In this document: positions 26,207-36,007 of the stretch, piece after piece
Position numbering within the stretch: the first letter of the stretch is position 1
Layout of the letters: each line of letters starts with the position of its first letter
From: Candidatus Poseidoniaceae archaeon
GTDB lineage: Archaea > Thermoplasmatota > Poseidoniia > Poseidoniales > Poseidoniaceae
Direction of reading: 5' to 3'
Length of the DNA: 64,000 bases
Assembly: GCA_030747695.1 (NCBI GenBank)
Contig: JASLKG010000007.1
Span: forward strand, 2,261 to 66,260
Notes under the pieces: model-generated
What the model was told of the DNA's origin: nothing
What the model saw: only the letters and a program-made list of their open reading frames with translations
The model's database searches: none
Program-made: the position numbers and the translations under genes

Positions 26207-29200
26207 ATGTACATGCAGAGGCGACTCTCACCATTTTTGGTTGTCTTGTTGATGTCCATATCCCCATTGGTTCCTATGGCTGCTGCAAATCCTGCTATAG
26301 GTCTTTCAGTAGATGCTTCACATGTAATTTTAAACCCTGGTGAGGCAACTAATATAACGCTCACAATTCACAACAATGGCTCTTCGATTGAGACTTACAG
26401 CATTAACGTTTCAGGTTTTGATTCACATTGGGAAGTTGTTCCATCTGAAAGTAACGTTTCAGGGGTGATTCCGACTTTTTCAGAAGATACCATCATAGCT
26501 GTCAGGCTGAGTACAAACGCGACACCGATTCATTCCACATCCCTTTCGATTGATGTTTCTGAGTCAGATTCCAATATAACTACATCAATCATAGTTTTAC
26601 TTTCTGTAAATCCAAGATATTTACCAGCAATTGATGGCTCTTCTGCAGGCGACAATGGTCTCGTAGTAATGACTCCAGGAGATACTACAAACGTTTCTGT
26701 AGTTGTACGTAATGATGCTAATGTTGAAGATACTTTGTTATTGTCGATTGATCAATCTCCTGATCTAGCATCATTTTGGTCAAATTGGACAAGTGGTCAG
26801 AATTCAAATCAAACAGGAAACAACACAGGTGGAAACAACACAGGTGGGAACAACACAGGTGGAAACAACACAGGTGGGAACAACACAGGTGGGAACAACA
26901 CAGGTGGAAACAACACAGGTGGGAACAACACAGGTGGGAACAACTCCGGTGGAAACAACACAGGTGGAAACAACACAGGTGGGAACAACACAGGTGGAAA
27001 CAACACAGGTGGGAACAACACAGGTGGGAACAACTCCGGTGGAAACAACACAGGTGGGAACAACACAGGTGGGAACAACACGGGCGGAAACACTTCCAAC
27101 ATGATTTCAATGATATCAAGTCCTCAAGGTTGGGACGTGAGATTTATCGATGACGTGATGGATAATATGTCAGTAGGAGAAGTGCGTAATTCGATATTAC
27201 ATCTATCGGTACCTACAAATGAAGCCCCTGGATACTATGGCTTTGATTTGTATGCGGCAAGTGCACTTGGAAACTTTTCAGTTCACACAACTATAGTCGT
27301 TGAGATCACGGCAGTGCATAATCTAAGTCTCTCACACAGCTTAGGAGAGGCATTGTTACCAGGTGACAATACGACTTCAACTATTGAAATTACAAGTTTA
27401 TCCTCAGCACAAGGAAATTGGACATGGAGTAGTACATTAGATTCGGGGCCCTGTGACCTTATGTTACCGATTCTTAAAAATTCAATCAGCGTAGATGAAG
27501 TAACTTCACTTGAAGTAATAATAACAGCATCATCAAATTCTCATGTAGGGGATGAATGCGCATTTACTGTATTAGGCGTTTTAGATTCAGATACATCAAT
27601 TACTGAGTCTATTAGTACAATGGTGATAGTTGGTGAGATTTGGGCTTTGTCCATGGTTATTCCATCAGCAATAAAACTTGATGTTGGAATTCCAGAATCA
27701 TTCACAGTAGCTATTTCTAATGATGGGACTGAAAATGACACATTACAATTGATTGGGATAGATCAACCTGGTGTTACATTTAGTAACCCATCACCAGTAG
27801 AACTTGAGCGCGATGCTTCTCAATATGTTTCTCTTTCTGTAACCATTGATGAAGGGATTTCAGGCAATGTAACTCTTCACTTTTCATTATCATCAATCAA
27901 CAGTGGTAATGATTCTGTGCTAGCACAGGGTATTTTCGAAGTCAAACCATATGCTTCATTCGAAATAGATGGCCCCTCTGAAGGAAGAGTTTCAATAGCT
28001 CCTGGTGAAAATAGCACGCTAACTTTGGCGGTATCTAATACGGGGACAAGGAACCTAACTATTGATCAAAGTATCAGCGGTCTACCATCTGGGATTTCAA
28101 TATCGGGATTAGATGATTTTTCAGTAAATGCGAATGAAACAATATTTGATAATATCTCATTCACCGCTGGAACTAGTGTGCAGCCACAAACCACATCAAT
28201 CACTGTCACAATGGATTCTGGTTGGAATAGCCAATCAATAACTTTAGATTTGCAAATAACAGATAGAAAAGGACTCAGCATAGGTAGCACGGCATCTCAT
28301 ATTGTGGCTTCCCCAATAACGGATAGCAATCTTACAGTTATGTTGACCAATCTTGGTTCAAATACTGACACATTTTTGTTAAGTTTAGATACTAGTGCAA
28401 CTAGCAATTGGTTTTCAGTGACTGCAGATTCATTGTCATCATCTATTGGCCCAGGTAATTCAGATTCTATCACTTTGAGTATCAGAGAAACAACAAGCGG
28501 CGCGCCAGTTAGCGGTGTTGATTTGTTGATTACTGTAACTAGTACTAGTGATTCTACGATTTATGAGAATCTTACGATAAGCATCATACCTCAGGTGGCT
28601 TCAGGAACAATAACTGTACTTACGGATTCAGATCAAGCAGAACCCGGACAGAATATTTACGGTAATGTAGTAATTACAAATTCAGGTACTGCAATAGATT
28701 CTATGATGATTACTACTTTGGAATTAGACTGTAACCTTGATGAAATTATCACACTGGATCCAGGTGTTTCTAGTCAACCAATCGCATGGTCGTGTACCAT
28801 ACCAGAAGGAACATCAGCAGGGTTCGAAGTTCTAACATTTAGATTGACCTCTTCATCAAGGACAAATATGATTGTGGAAAATTCTGAAGGCTATACTGTG
28901 AAACCTCTTTGGGCTGATGGAGACATTATTGATTTCCAATATAATCAAAACAATTTGAAATTTGAACGAAATAACGATCAACATACAATACAACTGCGTA
29001 TATGCAATAAAGCCAATACTTTGGTTACAGGAAATCTTGAATTGATTGGAACCAATCAGCCATTGATGGATGGACAATTTTTCCGCTCTGGAGAAATTGG
29101 AATTAACAATACATTTGAAATGGGCAGTCTTGGTTGCCAGGATTTTAATTTGATATTGACGCCACTTAATTTGGAAGGATTTAATGCACAACTTACTATT

Positions 29201-29584
29201 GTAGCAGTAACTCAAGTAAACGGGCAAACTGTAATTGATTCCTCTAGCGAATTATCTGTAACTGTTTCAGGACCACATGTTCCTCCAAGTGGAATTAATT
29301 TAGGCATACTAGAGCTAGACAATCAAAATTCAATTACAATTCTTGCTGTAGGTTGGGTAATGTCCCTATTGTTGCTGGCATATATTCGTTTGAGGAAACC
29401 GATTGAAGTAATCGACGAGGTTGAGGAAGAGGAGCCACTGGGTCCAAACGAAGTTCGTATAGATGAATATAACAAAGTCACTTGTATTTCATGTGAAGCA
29501 CGACTTGGTGTTCCTGAAAATAGTGAACCGCCCTTTAGATTTACATGTCCAAAGTGTTCTGAAAAGATAAGAGTAGTGCCCTGA
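26207..29584 (+). CDS. Large surface protein with CARDB/NEW3-like (COG1470-type) repeats and a (GGNNT)n linker, followed by a C-terminal TM and a cytoplasmic zinc ribbon
   Basis: The signal-like N-terminus is RRLSPFLVVLLMSISPLVPMAAA. Repeated units look like VILNPGEATNITLTIHNNGSSIETYSINVSG and SSPQGWDV. The TM is ITILAVGWVMSLLLLAYIRL followed by RK. The tail is VTCISCEARLGVPENSEPPFRFTCPKCSEKIRVVP (CxxC..CxxC). Confidence 0.85.
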   Translation: MYMQRRLSPFLVVLLMSISPLVPMAAANPAIGLSVDASHVILNPGEATNITLTIHNNGSSIETYSINVSGFDSHWEVVPSESNVSGVIPTFSEDTIIAVRLSTNATPIHSTSLSIDVSESDSNITTSIIVLLSVNPRYLPAIDGSSAGDNGLVVMTPGDTTNVSVVVRNDANVEDTLLLSIDQSPDLASFWSNWTSGQNSNQTGNNTGGNNTGGNNTGGNNTGGNNTGGNNTGGNNTGGNNTGGNNSGGNNTGGNNTGGNNTGGNNTGGNNTGGNNSGGNNTGGNNTGGNNTGGNTSNMISMISSPQGWDVRFIDDVMDNMSVGEVRNSILHLSVPTNEAPGYYGFDLYAASALGNFSVHTTIVVEITAVHNLSLSHSLGEALLPGDNTTSTIEITSLSSAQGNWTWSSTLDSGPCDLMLPILKNSISVDEVTSLEVIITASSNSHVGDECAFTVLGVLDSDTSITESISTMVIVGEIWALSMVIPSAIKLDVGIPESFTVAISNDGTENDTLQLIGIDQPGVTFSNPSPVELERDASQYVSLSVTIDEGISGNVTLHFSLSSINSGNDSVLAQGIFEVKPYASFEIDGPSEGRVSIAPGENSTLTLAVSNTGTRNLTIDQSISGLPSGISISGLDDFSVNANETIFDNISFTAGTSVQPQTTSITVTMDSGWNSQSITLDLQITDRKGLSIGSTASHIVASPITDSNLTVMLTNLGSNTDTFLLSLDTSATSNWFSVTADSLSSSIGPGNSDSITLSIRETTSGAPVSGVDLLITVTSTSDSTIYENLTISIIPQVASGTITVLTDSDQAEPGQNIYGNVVITNSGTAIDSMMITTLELDCNLDEIITLDPGVSSQPIAWSCTIPEGTSAGFEVLTFRLTSSSRTNMIVENSEGYTVKPLWADGDIIDFQYNQNNLKFERNNDQHTIQLRICNKANTLVTGNLELIGTNQPLMDGQFFRSGEIGINNTFEMGSLGCQDFNLILTPLNLEGFNAQLTIVAVTQVNGQTVIDSSSELSVTVSGPHVPPSGINLGILELDNQNSITILAVGWVMSLLLLAYIRLRKPIEVIDEVEEEEPLGPNEVRIDEYNKVTCISCEARLGVPENSEPPFRFTCPKCSEKIRVVP
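26816..27085 (+). repeat. In-frame tandem repeat: 18 copies of a 15-bp unit GG(A/G)AACAACACAGGT encoding GGNNT/S
   Basis: I counted the units directly. They start every 15 nt from 26816 to 27071. Two units (26936, 27026) carry AACTCCGGT (NNS), the last unit is degenerate, and a 19th unit is broken. The A/G variants follow a roughly 45-nt super-period. Confidence 0.95.
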
Positions 29585-30349
29585 TTAACGCCGTTGTGCA
29601 AACAAGAGGAATGCAGTGTGCCCAAATGGTCCATTTACTGGACGCATACCGCCCTTGGCAGTTTTCCCCCATTCTCTTTCCATTAATTCACCAGCCCATT
29701 CTATTGTTAATTCTGCCTCTTCGCATGCATTCCAACACGCCTCAAGTTGGCTAGTTGTAGGGGCATAGCACGCGATACGCCCTCCCAATTTTAATTTCGG
29801 CGCACATTTTTCGATAGCTGGTTTGTGCACAGGCATATCAAGTATCACTGCATCAAATTCTAATTCAGGAACTACATCTTCAATCATTCCTTCAAGGTGA
29901 GTGTGCTGCGGAAAACCTGTGAAACAAGAACTTGCTCGTTCCAAATTTAGTAATCCAATTTCAGCATGCTCCGATCTTGCTTCTGCAGTAATCAAATGCC
30001 CATCCGAACCAATGGCTTTTGCCAAGTGAAGGGTAAGCCCTCCTGAACCAAGTCCTGCTTCTAAGACAATATCGCCTTCTCCAATGCCTAATCTGGCGAT
30101 TATTACACCAGCATCTTTTGAGGAAATAGTTTGTGCTCTTCGTGCCATTCCTGAGATTAATTCTGGTAATCTAGGTGGCATTAATGTCAGATATTTTTGT
30201 CCTATTAATACTTCCTCGCCAAAAGATAAATCGCTTAGCAGCGTTGCGGTATTGAATACACCTAACCCCTTGTATTTTCGTACATCATCTACAATTTCAA
30301 TAACATGGGTTTTACCGTTATCTTCGATCAGTACTGCCCACTCGCCCAT
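29585..30349 (-). CDS. trmI: tRNA (adenine-N1)-methyltransferase, TrmI/Gcd14 family
   Basis: The N-terminal beta domain is followed by the SAM-binding motif VLEAGLGSGGLTLHLAKAIG. GCD14-like context includes RAQTISSKDAGVIIARLGIGEGD and DAVILDMP. Confidence 0.75.
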   Translation of the reverse strand: MGEWAVLIEDNGKTHVIEIVDDVRKYKGLGVFNTATLLSDLSFGEEVLIGQKYLTLMPPRLPELISGMARRAQTISSKDAGVIIARLGIGEGDIVLEAGLGSGGLTLHLAKAIGSDGHLITAEARSEHAEIGLLNLERASSCFTGFPQHTHLEGMIEDVVPELEFDAVILDMPVHKPAIEKCAPKLKLGGRIACYAPTTSQLEACWNACEEAELTIEWAGELMEREWGKTAKGGMRPVNGPFGHTAFLLFAQRR

Positions 30350-30413
30350 GTCATTGCGAACATCTATTTGACAAGAATGATTCCCTCATTTAACGATAAT
30401 AATTTGTATAAAT

Positions 30414-30430
30414 TCCCCCCGTAGGGGGGA
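30414..30430 (+). promoter_or_regulatory. Perfect 7-bp C/G-run hairpin in the divergent trmI / surface-protein intergenic region
   Basis: TCCCCCC-GTA-GGGGGGA. It lies just downstream of GTATAAAT (30404-30411) and 16 nt before ATG 30447. Confidence 0.45.
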
Positions 30431-30446
30431 GAGGCATATTCAGAGC

Positions 30447-33400
30447 ATGTTCTTATACCATGTCGATAGAGCGGTAGGCATGAAGTCTATACGTTCGACC
30501 GCAATTTCTATGTCTATGCTAATGTTATTGAGCATATTAGCGTCGCTTGGAGGATTAATTACTGAAGAAGTAGATGGCACTGTGGAATTGGTTGATGAAC
30601 CTATTGTTATGGAGGTTTCAAGCCCTGGACATCCTGTATTTTCACAATATATTACGTCAGATAATTGTGGTTTTTGCTATCAATATGGATCTCCTGCACA
30701 TCACAGCATAAAGCAACAACATACGGATGACTATGTTTACATTTCTTACCAATCTGTTTCATATGGTGACACAGATACTGCACGTGCTGGTGCTACAACA
30801 GGGTACAATTGGCCTTGGACTACTGGTGGCGCACCAGATTCTTATTGGGGCGACAGATTAGATAAGAGAGTCAGCGGTTGTGGTTCTAATACCTGTTATG
30901 ATTCGATGTTTGCTAGCGGTGGAGGTATGACTGCTGCAACAACAAGTCAGTATTCACTTTCAGCAGTTGTAAGTGACGGTGGGTCCAATTTGGATGTCTC
31001 AATCGATGTACAATACGTTGGTTCAGGAACCGCTCCTTCCAACATTTATCTTTACGCAGCGATGACTGAAGAAACTTGTAATTCCTACGTTTATGCAGAT
31101 GGTAGCAAAGGCCACAACTGTTGGAAGTCATGGTTAATGAGCGGAAGCACATACCGCTCTCAAAGTGGCGGTAGTGGCAGTAGTTTCCAGAGTGTAACAC
31201 TTTCAAACAATGCAGCTTCATACAGTTGGTCAGTTCCTAAGAGTTTAGTAAATGGTGGTGCAAATAATGCATTGGTGGTAGCAGCATTGATGACAGGTGC
31301 GCCAAGCACTGGTGCAAGTTCCGAACATGTCCTTACAGCGACAGATAGCAATATGGCGCCGTTGATTGATGTTGGCGTGAAGACTTTCACTACTAACAAT
31401 CCTAATGCGCCTGGCGGCGGCTATGTCAATGGAGACATTGTAGACTTACAAGCAACTATTGTGAATAATGGAGTCGAAGCATATAGCGACGGCGGTGATG
31501 TTCGTTTCTATTACAAGACAGGTACAAACAAGCAGTATGTTGGAACGACACACACCTTGTCGAACTTTGCATCTTCTGGAGATACACAATCGTTCACAGG
31601 ACAAGTTGATACTTCTAGTATTCCTTCCAATACCTATCAAGCTACATTTGGAGTAGAAGTATCTAATCTTGTAGCCGACAAGTCTAGCAATAACAACGAT
31701 GGAACAGAAATTATTCCTCATGACCTTGTTCCTGTAGTTCGTAAGGCTCAAGTTATCGGAAGCAATCAAATAGAACGCGGGGATAATTTCCTTGTTGAGG
31801 CCAAAGTAACAATCAATGATGGAGTAGATATTAACACATCATTCTTCACATTTGACGTGGAAGTTTCACCAACCGGTGCAGATCAATGGGTTGGAGGCGG
31901 AGACCTGATTGTAGGTGGAGATCAAATATTCCAAGAAGGCACTAGCAATGAGCACCGCCAATATCTAGTAAAACCAACTATGAATATGGGTGCAGGCAAT
32001 TACGACATAAGAATACGCGCAACAGATTCTAGAATGCAAGTCAGTGACTGGGATATTAATACAGAAGCATTCACATTGAAGAATGCTTTACCAACTATCA
32101 CTTCAGAACCTGTTCCTACAGTTAAGGTACAATCATCAACCAAAGTTTCAGTAATTGGAAACATAATGGATGCTGAGACAGATTTGAGAGATCTTGCAAT
32201 TACTAGTAGCAGCCCTAATTTTGTAGCTTGGCATTCATCCACTGAAGAGGTTGAAGTTTATTTCGAGAATATAAGATATGTAAACGGCAATCCTACAGCA
32301 TCAGGAATTGAAGTTGCTGTTAGCGATGGCACTGATACCGCATATGGGACTTTATTGTTTAACGTAATTGAAAATGGACAACCACGCTGGGCAGGAGTTG
32401 AAAAGCAATATATTGACGAAGGCTCAACAGCATCACTAGCTCTACTAAACTATCTCTCAGATACAGATGAGAATGGCAATTATGCTAGCCCTGAAGATTT
32501 AGTATTGGCAGTTATTGACAACACAAACCCCGAATTATTTGATATGCAAATGGATGAATTTACATTGAATTATGCAACAAAGGATTCCGATGTCAATGGT
32601 GAGACTACCATTACTGTTAGGGCAAGTGATGGCCAACAATACTCAGACCAGTTAATTACAATTGCAATCAGTCCAATAAATGACGCTCCACGTTTGGATC
32701 TATCTGAGTTTGAAGGCCTACGTTTGAAGGCTGGCGAACAAAAGGTCATCTTCTTGAATGAAATTGTAACTGATGTAGATAGCGATTTAAGCGAAACAAT
32801 TTTCACTGCTTCAAACCCTGTGCCTGGTGCTGCCCGCGTAAGAATGATGGACAACACATTGACATTAATCTGGGAAGAAACAGGATGGCAAACTGTAACA
32901 ATACAAGCTGCAGACCGTTATCACTCCAACACCTACACTTTGGTCGTAGAAGTTTATGACAGCATTCCTCTAATGGTAGGTGCTGGCGCTGATGCAGATG
33001 TACGAGTTGATGTTCAGAATGTATATCTTGATGAGCAACCAGAAGCAACGATGTTCCTCAACATGGATGGAATAACAATAACTTCTTTGTCCACAACATG
33101 GCAATACTGCAATGAGTTAACAGGAATATGCCTATTCCAGAATACGATTGATCATGATATAACCATGAAAAATTCAGGTTGGACATACAATCCATATGGC
33201 GATCAACTTCCATATGGTCTACAGTACAAGGATCAAGTCAAGTTAGTAAAGGTTGTAGCAATTGAATCAAATGGTGAGAAGTACGAATTTTCAACGCCAC
33301 TTTATTGGACTGCAATTGAAGACGCACCTGGCCCTGAAACTATGTCCGATGAGGAGTTAGTCGAATATATCGAACAATTAGAGTCTGAGATAGAAACTAT

Positions 33401-33893
33401 GAAAGCTGAATTAGACAATCTGGAAGAAGGTTCAGACGAGTACACCGAAGTCAATACAGAATTAGAAGTCCTTAAACAAGATTTGGAAGAAGCTTGTGAA
33501 TTTGGCGAGTGTACCGCTAATCAACAATCAGGTAGTTCAGAAGAACCTACTAATTCCGAAGGAATGACTCTTACAGTTATATTGATAATTGTCGGAGTAG
33601 TAATTGCTGCATTAATCGCAGGACTAATGTTCATGAGAGGAGGAAATTCTGGTGAAACAGTAGGAATGGTAGATTGGGCAAATCAACTCCCTGCAAATGA
33701 CGTTATTGCAAATTCAATGTATGGTGGGGCGCAAGAGATTTTCCAACAATCAATCCCAGTTTCAACTCCAGCTGCGGCAGTACCGCAAGTTCCACCGGGG
33801 GCGCCACCTCTGCCTGAAGGCGGCCTTCCAGCAGGATGGACAATGGAACAATGGGCATATTATGGACACCAATATTTGCAAGATCAGCAATGA
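30447..33893 (+). CDS. Large surface protein with a CARDB-like domain and cadherin-like domains, followed by coiled coil, a C-terminal TM and a Pro-rich/aromatic cytoplasmic tail
   Basis: The likely signal starts at M12 (MKSIRSTAISMSMLMLLSILASLGG, position 30480). Domain cues are the CxxC motif SDNCGFCYQYG, CARDB-like GDIVDLQATIVNNGVEAYSDGGDVRFYY, and cadherin-like ISPINDAPRL. A coiled coil EELVEYIEQLESEIETMKAELDNLEE precedes the TM LTVILIIVGVVIAALIAGLMFM. The tail is ..PPGAPPLPEGGLPAGWTMEQWAYYGHQYLQDQQ. Confidence 0.85.
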   Translation: MFLYHVDRAVGMKSIRSTAISMSMLMLLSILASLGGLITEEVDGTVELVDEPIVMEVSSPGHPVFSQYITSDNCGFCYQYGSPAHHSIKQQHTDDYVYISYQSVSYGDTDTARAGATTGYNWPWTTGGAPDSYWGDRLDKRVSGCGSNTCYDSMFASGGGMTAATTSQYSLSAVVSDGGSNLDVSIDVQYVGSGTAPSNIYLYAAMTEETCNSYVYADGSKGHNCWKSWLMSGSTYRSQSGGSGSSFQSVTLSNNAASYSWSVPKSLVNGGANNALVVAALMTGAPSTGASSEHVLTATDSNMAPLIDVGVKTFTTNNPNAPGGGYVNGDIVDLQATIVNNGVEAYSDGGDVRFYYKTGTNKQYVGTTHTLSNFASSGDTQSFTGQVDTSSIPSNTYQATFGVEVSNLVADKSSNNNDGTEIIPHDLVPVVRKAQVIGSNQIERGDNFLVEAKVTINDGVDINTSFFTFDVEVSPTGADQWVGGGDLIVGGDQIFQEGTSNEHRQYLVKPTMNMGAGNYDIRIRATDSRMQVSDWDINTEAFTLKNALPTITSEPVPTVKVQSSTKVSVIGNIMDAETDLRDLAITSSSPNFVAWHSSTEEVEVYFENIRYVNGNPTASGIEVAVSDGTDTAYGTLLFNVIENGQPRWAGVEKQYIDEGSTASLALLNYLSDTDENGNYASPEDLVLAVIDNTNPELFDMQMDEFTLNYATKDSDVNGETTITVRASDGQQYSDQLITIAISPINDAPRLDLSEFEGLRLKAGEQKVIFLNEIVTDVDSDLSETIFTASNPVPGAARVRMMDNTLTLIWEETGWQTVTIQAADRYHSNTYTLVVEVYDSIPLMVGAGADADVRVDVQNVYLDEQPEATMFLNMDGITITSLSTTWQYCNELTGICLFQNTIDHDITMKNSGWTYNPYGDQLPYGLQYKDQVKLVKVVAIESNGEKYEFSTPLYWTAIEDAPGPETMSDEELVEYIEQLESEIETMKAELDNLEEGSDEYTEVNTELEVLKQDLEEACEFGECTANQQSGSSEEPTNSEGMTLTVILIIVGVVIAALIAGLMFMRGGNSGETVGMVDWANQLPANDVIANSMYGGAQEIFQQSIPVSTPAAAVPQVPPGAPPLPEGGLPAGWTMEQWAYYGHQYLQDQQ

Positions 33894-33967
33894 TTTAGCA
33901 TAATTATTGGCGTTTATGGGAGTTTGCAGTCCAAACGGATAAAATGGACCGGTGTTGAGGGGTATTT

Positions 33968-35992
33968 GTGACAGAAGATGAAACCCCTCTTGAAACTCCC
34001 CTCGAAGAGGAGATGGTTACCATTTGGTCTCCAGAGTCATCGGACAACATTGAGATTGTAGATGTCCCCATAGATGAATGGATTAGAGAAGTTGATTTTT
34101 CTTCAACTGACGAGGTTCCAGTTCCTGAAAGGTTAGTCGATCAAGTAATTGGTCAAGAAGCAGGTTCAATTGTGATAAAAAAGGCAGCAGAGCAGCGTCG
34201 ACACATGTTGATGATTGGAGATCCAGGAACTGGTAAATCTATGCTTGCTCGTTCAATGACAGAATTATTGCCTCAAGACAAGCTTGAGGATATTTTGTGT
34301 TATCCAAATGAAGATGATGAAAACGAACCAAGAGTACGAACAGTTCCTGCAGGACGCGGTGATAGAATAGTAAAGAGTCAGCGCGAAACAATACGGATTC
34401 AGAAAGAAAAGAGTCAGAAGATGCTCATGATTGGATTCGTTGCAATAGCCTTTTTGTTAGCAGTTTTAGCATTACAGAGTGGTGATATATTGACTCTTTT
34501 GTTTGGAATGTTATTGCTTATGTTTGGCTATATGTTCCTAAGATCACGTATGGGTGGAGCAGAAGAAGGTAGGATTCCAAAGGTTCTAGTTAAGCACAGT
34601 TCAAGTGATTCACCGCCCTTTGTTGATGCGACTGGCACCTTGTCTGGAAGTTTACTTGGCGATGTGAGACATGATCCCTTTCAGAGTGGAGGAATGGAAA
34701 CACCTGCACACGACCGCGTCGAACCCGGAGCAATCCACCGATCCCATGGGGGAGTTCTCTATATTGATGAGATAAATTTGCTTAGATTGGAAGAGCAACA
34801 GGCATTACTTACTGCTATGCAGGAGCGCGCCTTTCCTATCTCTGGGCGCTCTGAGCGCTCTAGTGGCGCCTTAACAAAAACAGAAGCAGTTCCCTGTGAT
34901 TTTATTTTGATTGCAGCAGGTAATTTAGATGCAATACAAGGAATGCATCCAGCACTTCGTTCAAGAATACGCGGTTATGGATACGAGGTTTATGTTAACT
35001 CACATATGCCCGATACTGCAGCAAATAGACGTAGATTGATTAGATTCATTGCTCAAGAAGTCCTTCGGGACATCGGAACAGTACGTGAGATACCTCACTT
35101 TGATAGGTCGGGAGTAAGTGTGATACTACGTGAAGCACAGCGTCGTGCTGGAAGGAGAGGAAAACTATCTCTTCGTTTGCGAGAATTAGGAGGTTTAGTT
35201 AGAATTGCAGGTGACCTTGCATGTGAAGAGGGCTCTGAATTTACTACCTCAAGACATGTATTGGCTGCGAGAAATATAGCGAAGCCATTGGAGCAACAAG
35301 TTGCAGACCGTATGATTGAACGCAGACAAGAATATTCGTTGATAGTCAATTCCGGTAACCGTATTGGACGCGTTAATGGGCTTGCAGTATTAGGTGCAGA
35401 CTCGGGGTTGTCGGATTTCAGTGGAATCATGTTGCCAGTAGAGGCTTTGGTGACTCCTTCCCTTTCAAGTGGAGGCAAGGTCTATGCTACAGGAGGCCTT
35501 TCAGATTTAGCTAAAGAAAGCGTGACCAATGTTAGTGCAGTCATCAAGAAATTAACTGGAAAAGATGTTTCAGATTATGACATACATATTCAGTTTGTAG
35601 ATACACATGGGGTTGATGGAGATTCAGCATCAATAACTATAGCAACTGCAGTAATTTCTGCTCTAGAGAATATTCCCATTAGACAGGATTTAGCAATGAC
35701 TGGTTCTCTTTCTGTTCGCGGAGAAGTGTTGCCTATCGGAGGAGTAACAGCAAAAATTGAGGCAGCTGCCCGCTCGGGTATCAAGACTGTCGTAATACCA
35801 AGAGCAAATTTACAGGATGTGCTTATAGATCAGCAATTTGAGCATATCGAAGTAGTTGCTGTTGATACACTAGATGAGGTAATGGAGCAAGCATTAATTG
35901 TTGGCGCCCCAAGGACTAGCCTTGTAGAGAGATTGTCTTCAGTTATCGACAGACTAACTCCAGAAGCTTCACCAAATAGTCAACTTTCCTAA
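33968..35992 (+). CDS. lonB: Archaeal membrane-bound ATP-dependent Lon protease (LonB)
   Basis: Walker A is [17 protein letters not shown] hairpin ([40 protein letters not shown]) is inserted in the AAA+ domain. Also present are [11 protein letters not shown] and the C-terminal Lon protease domain ([30 protein letters not shown]). Confidence 0.9.
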   Translation: MTEDETPLETPLEEEMVTIWSPESSDNIEIVDVPIDEWIREVDFSSTDEVPVPERLVDQVIGQEAGSIVIKKAAEQRRHMLMIGDPGTGKSMLARSMTELLPQDKLEDILCYPNEDDENEPRVRTVPAGRGDRIVKSQRETIRIQKEKSQKMLMIGFVAIAFLLAVLALQSGDILTLLFGMLLLMFGYMFLRSRMGGAEEGRIPKVLVKHSSSDSPPFVDATGTLSGSLLGDVRHDPFQSGGMETPAHDRVEPGAIHRSHGGVLYIDEINLLRLEEQQALLTAMQERAFPISGRSERSSGALTKTEAVPCDFILIAAGNLDAIQGMHPALRSRIRGYGYEVYVNSHMPDTAANRRRLIRFIAQEVLRDIGTVREIPHFDRSGVSVILREAQRRAGRRGKLSLRLRELGGLVRIAGDLACEEGSEFTTSRHVLAARNIAKPLEQQVADRMIERRQEYSLIVNSGNRIGRVNGLAVLGADSGLSDFSGIMLPVEALVTPSLSSGGKVYATGGLSDLAKESVTNVSAVIKKLTGKDVSDYDIHIQFVDTHGVDGDSASITIATAVISALENIPIRQDLAMTGSLSVRGEVLPIGGVTAKIEAAARSGIKTVVIPRANLQDVLIDQQFEHIEVVAVDTLDEVMEQALIVGAPRTSLVERLSSVIDRLTPEASPNSQLS

Positions 35993-36007
35993 TAATTAGG
36001 TGAGGAA

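Noticed and set aside
26816-27085. Possible CRISPR-like array
   Set aside because: The units are 15 bp, directly abutting with no spacers, in frame within a long ORF, and there are no cas genes. It is a coding tandem repeat, not CRISPR.
26718-27153. Four overlapping ORFs (97-133 aa) on both strands across the 15-bp repeat
   Set aside because: All are periodic translations (CCSHL.., HRWEQ.., TTQVG.., LFPPV..) of the same tandem repeat in alternative frames. Only the frame continuous with the 1125-aa ORF is credible.
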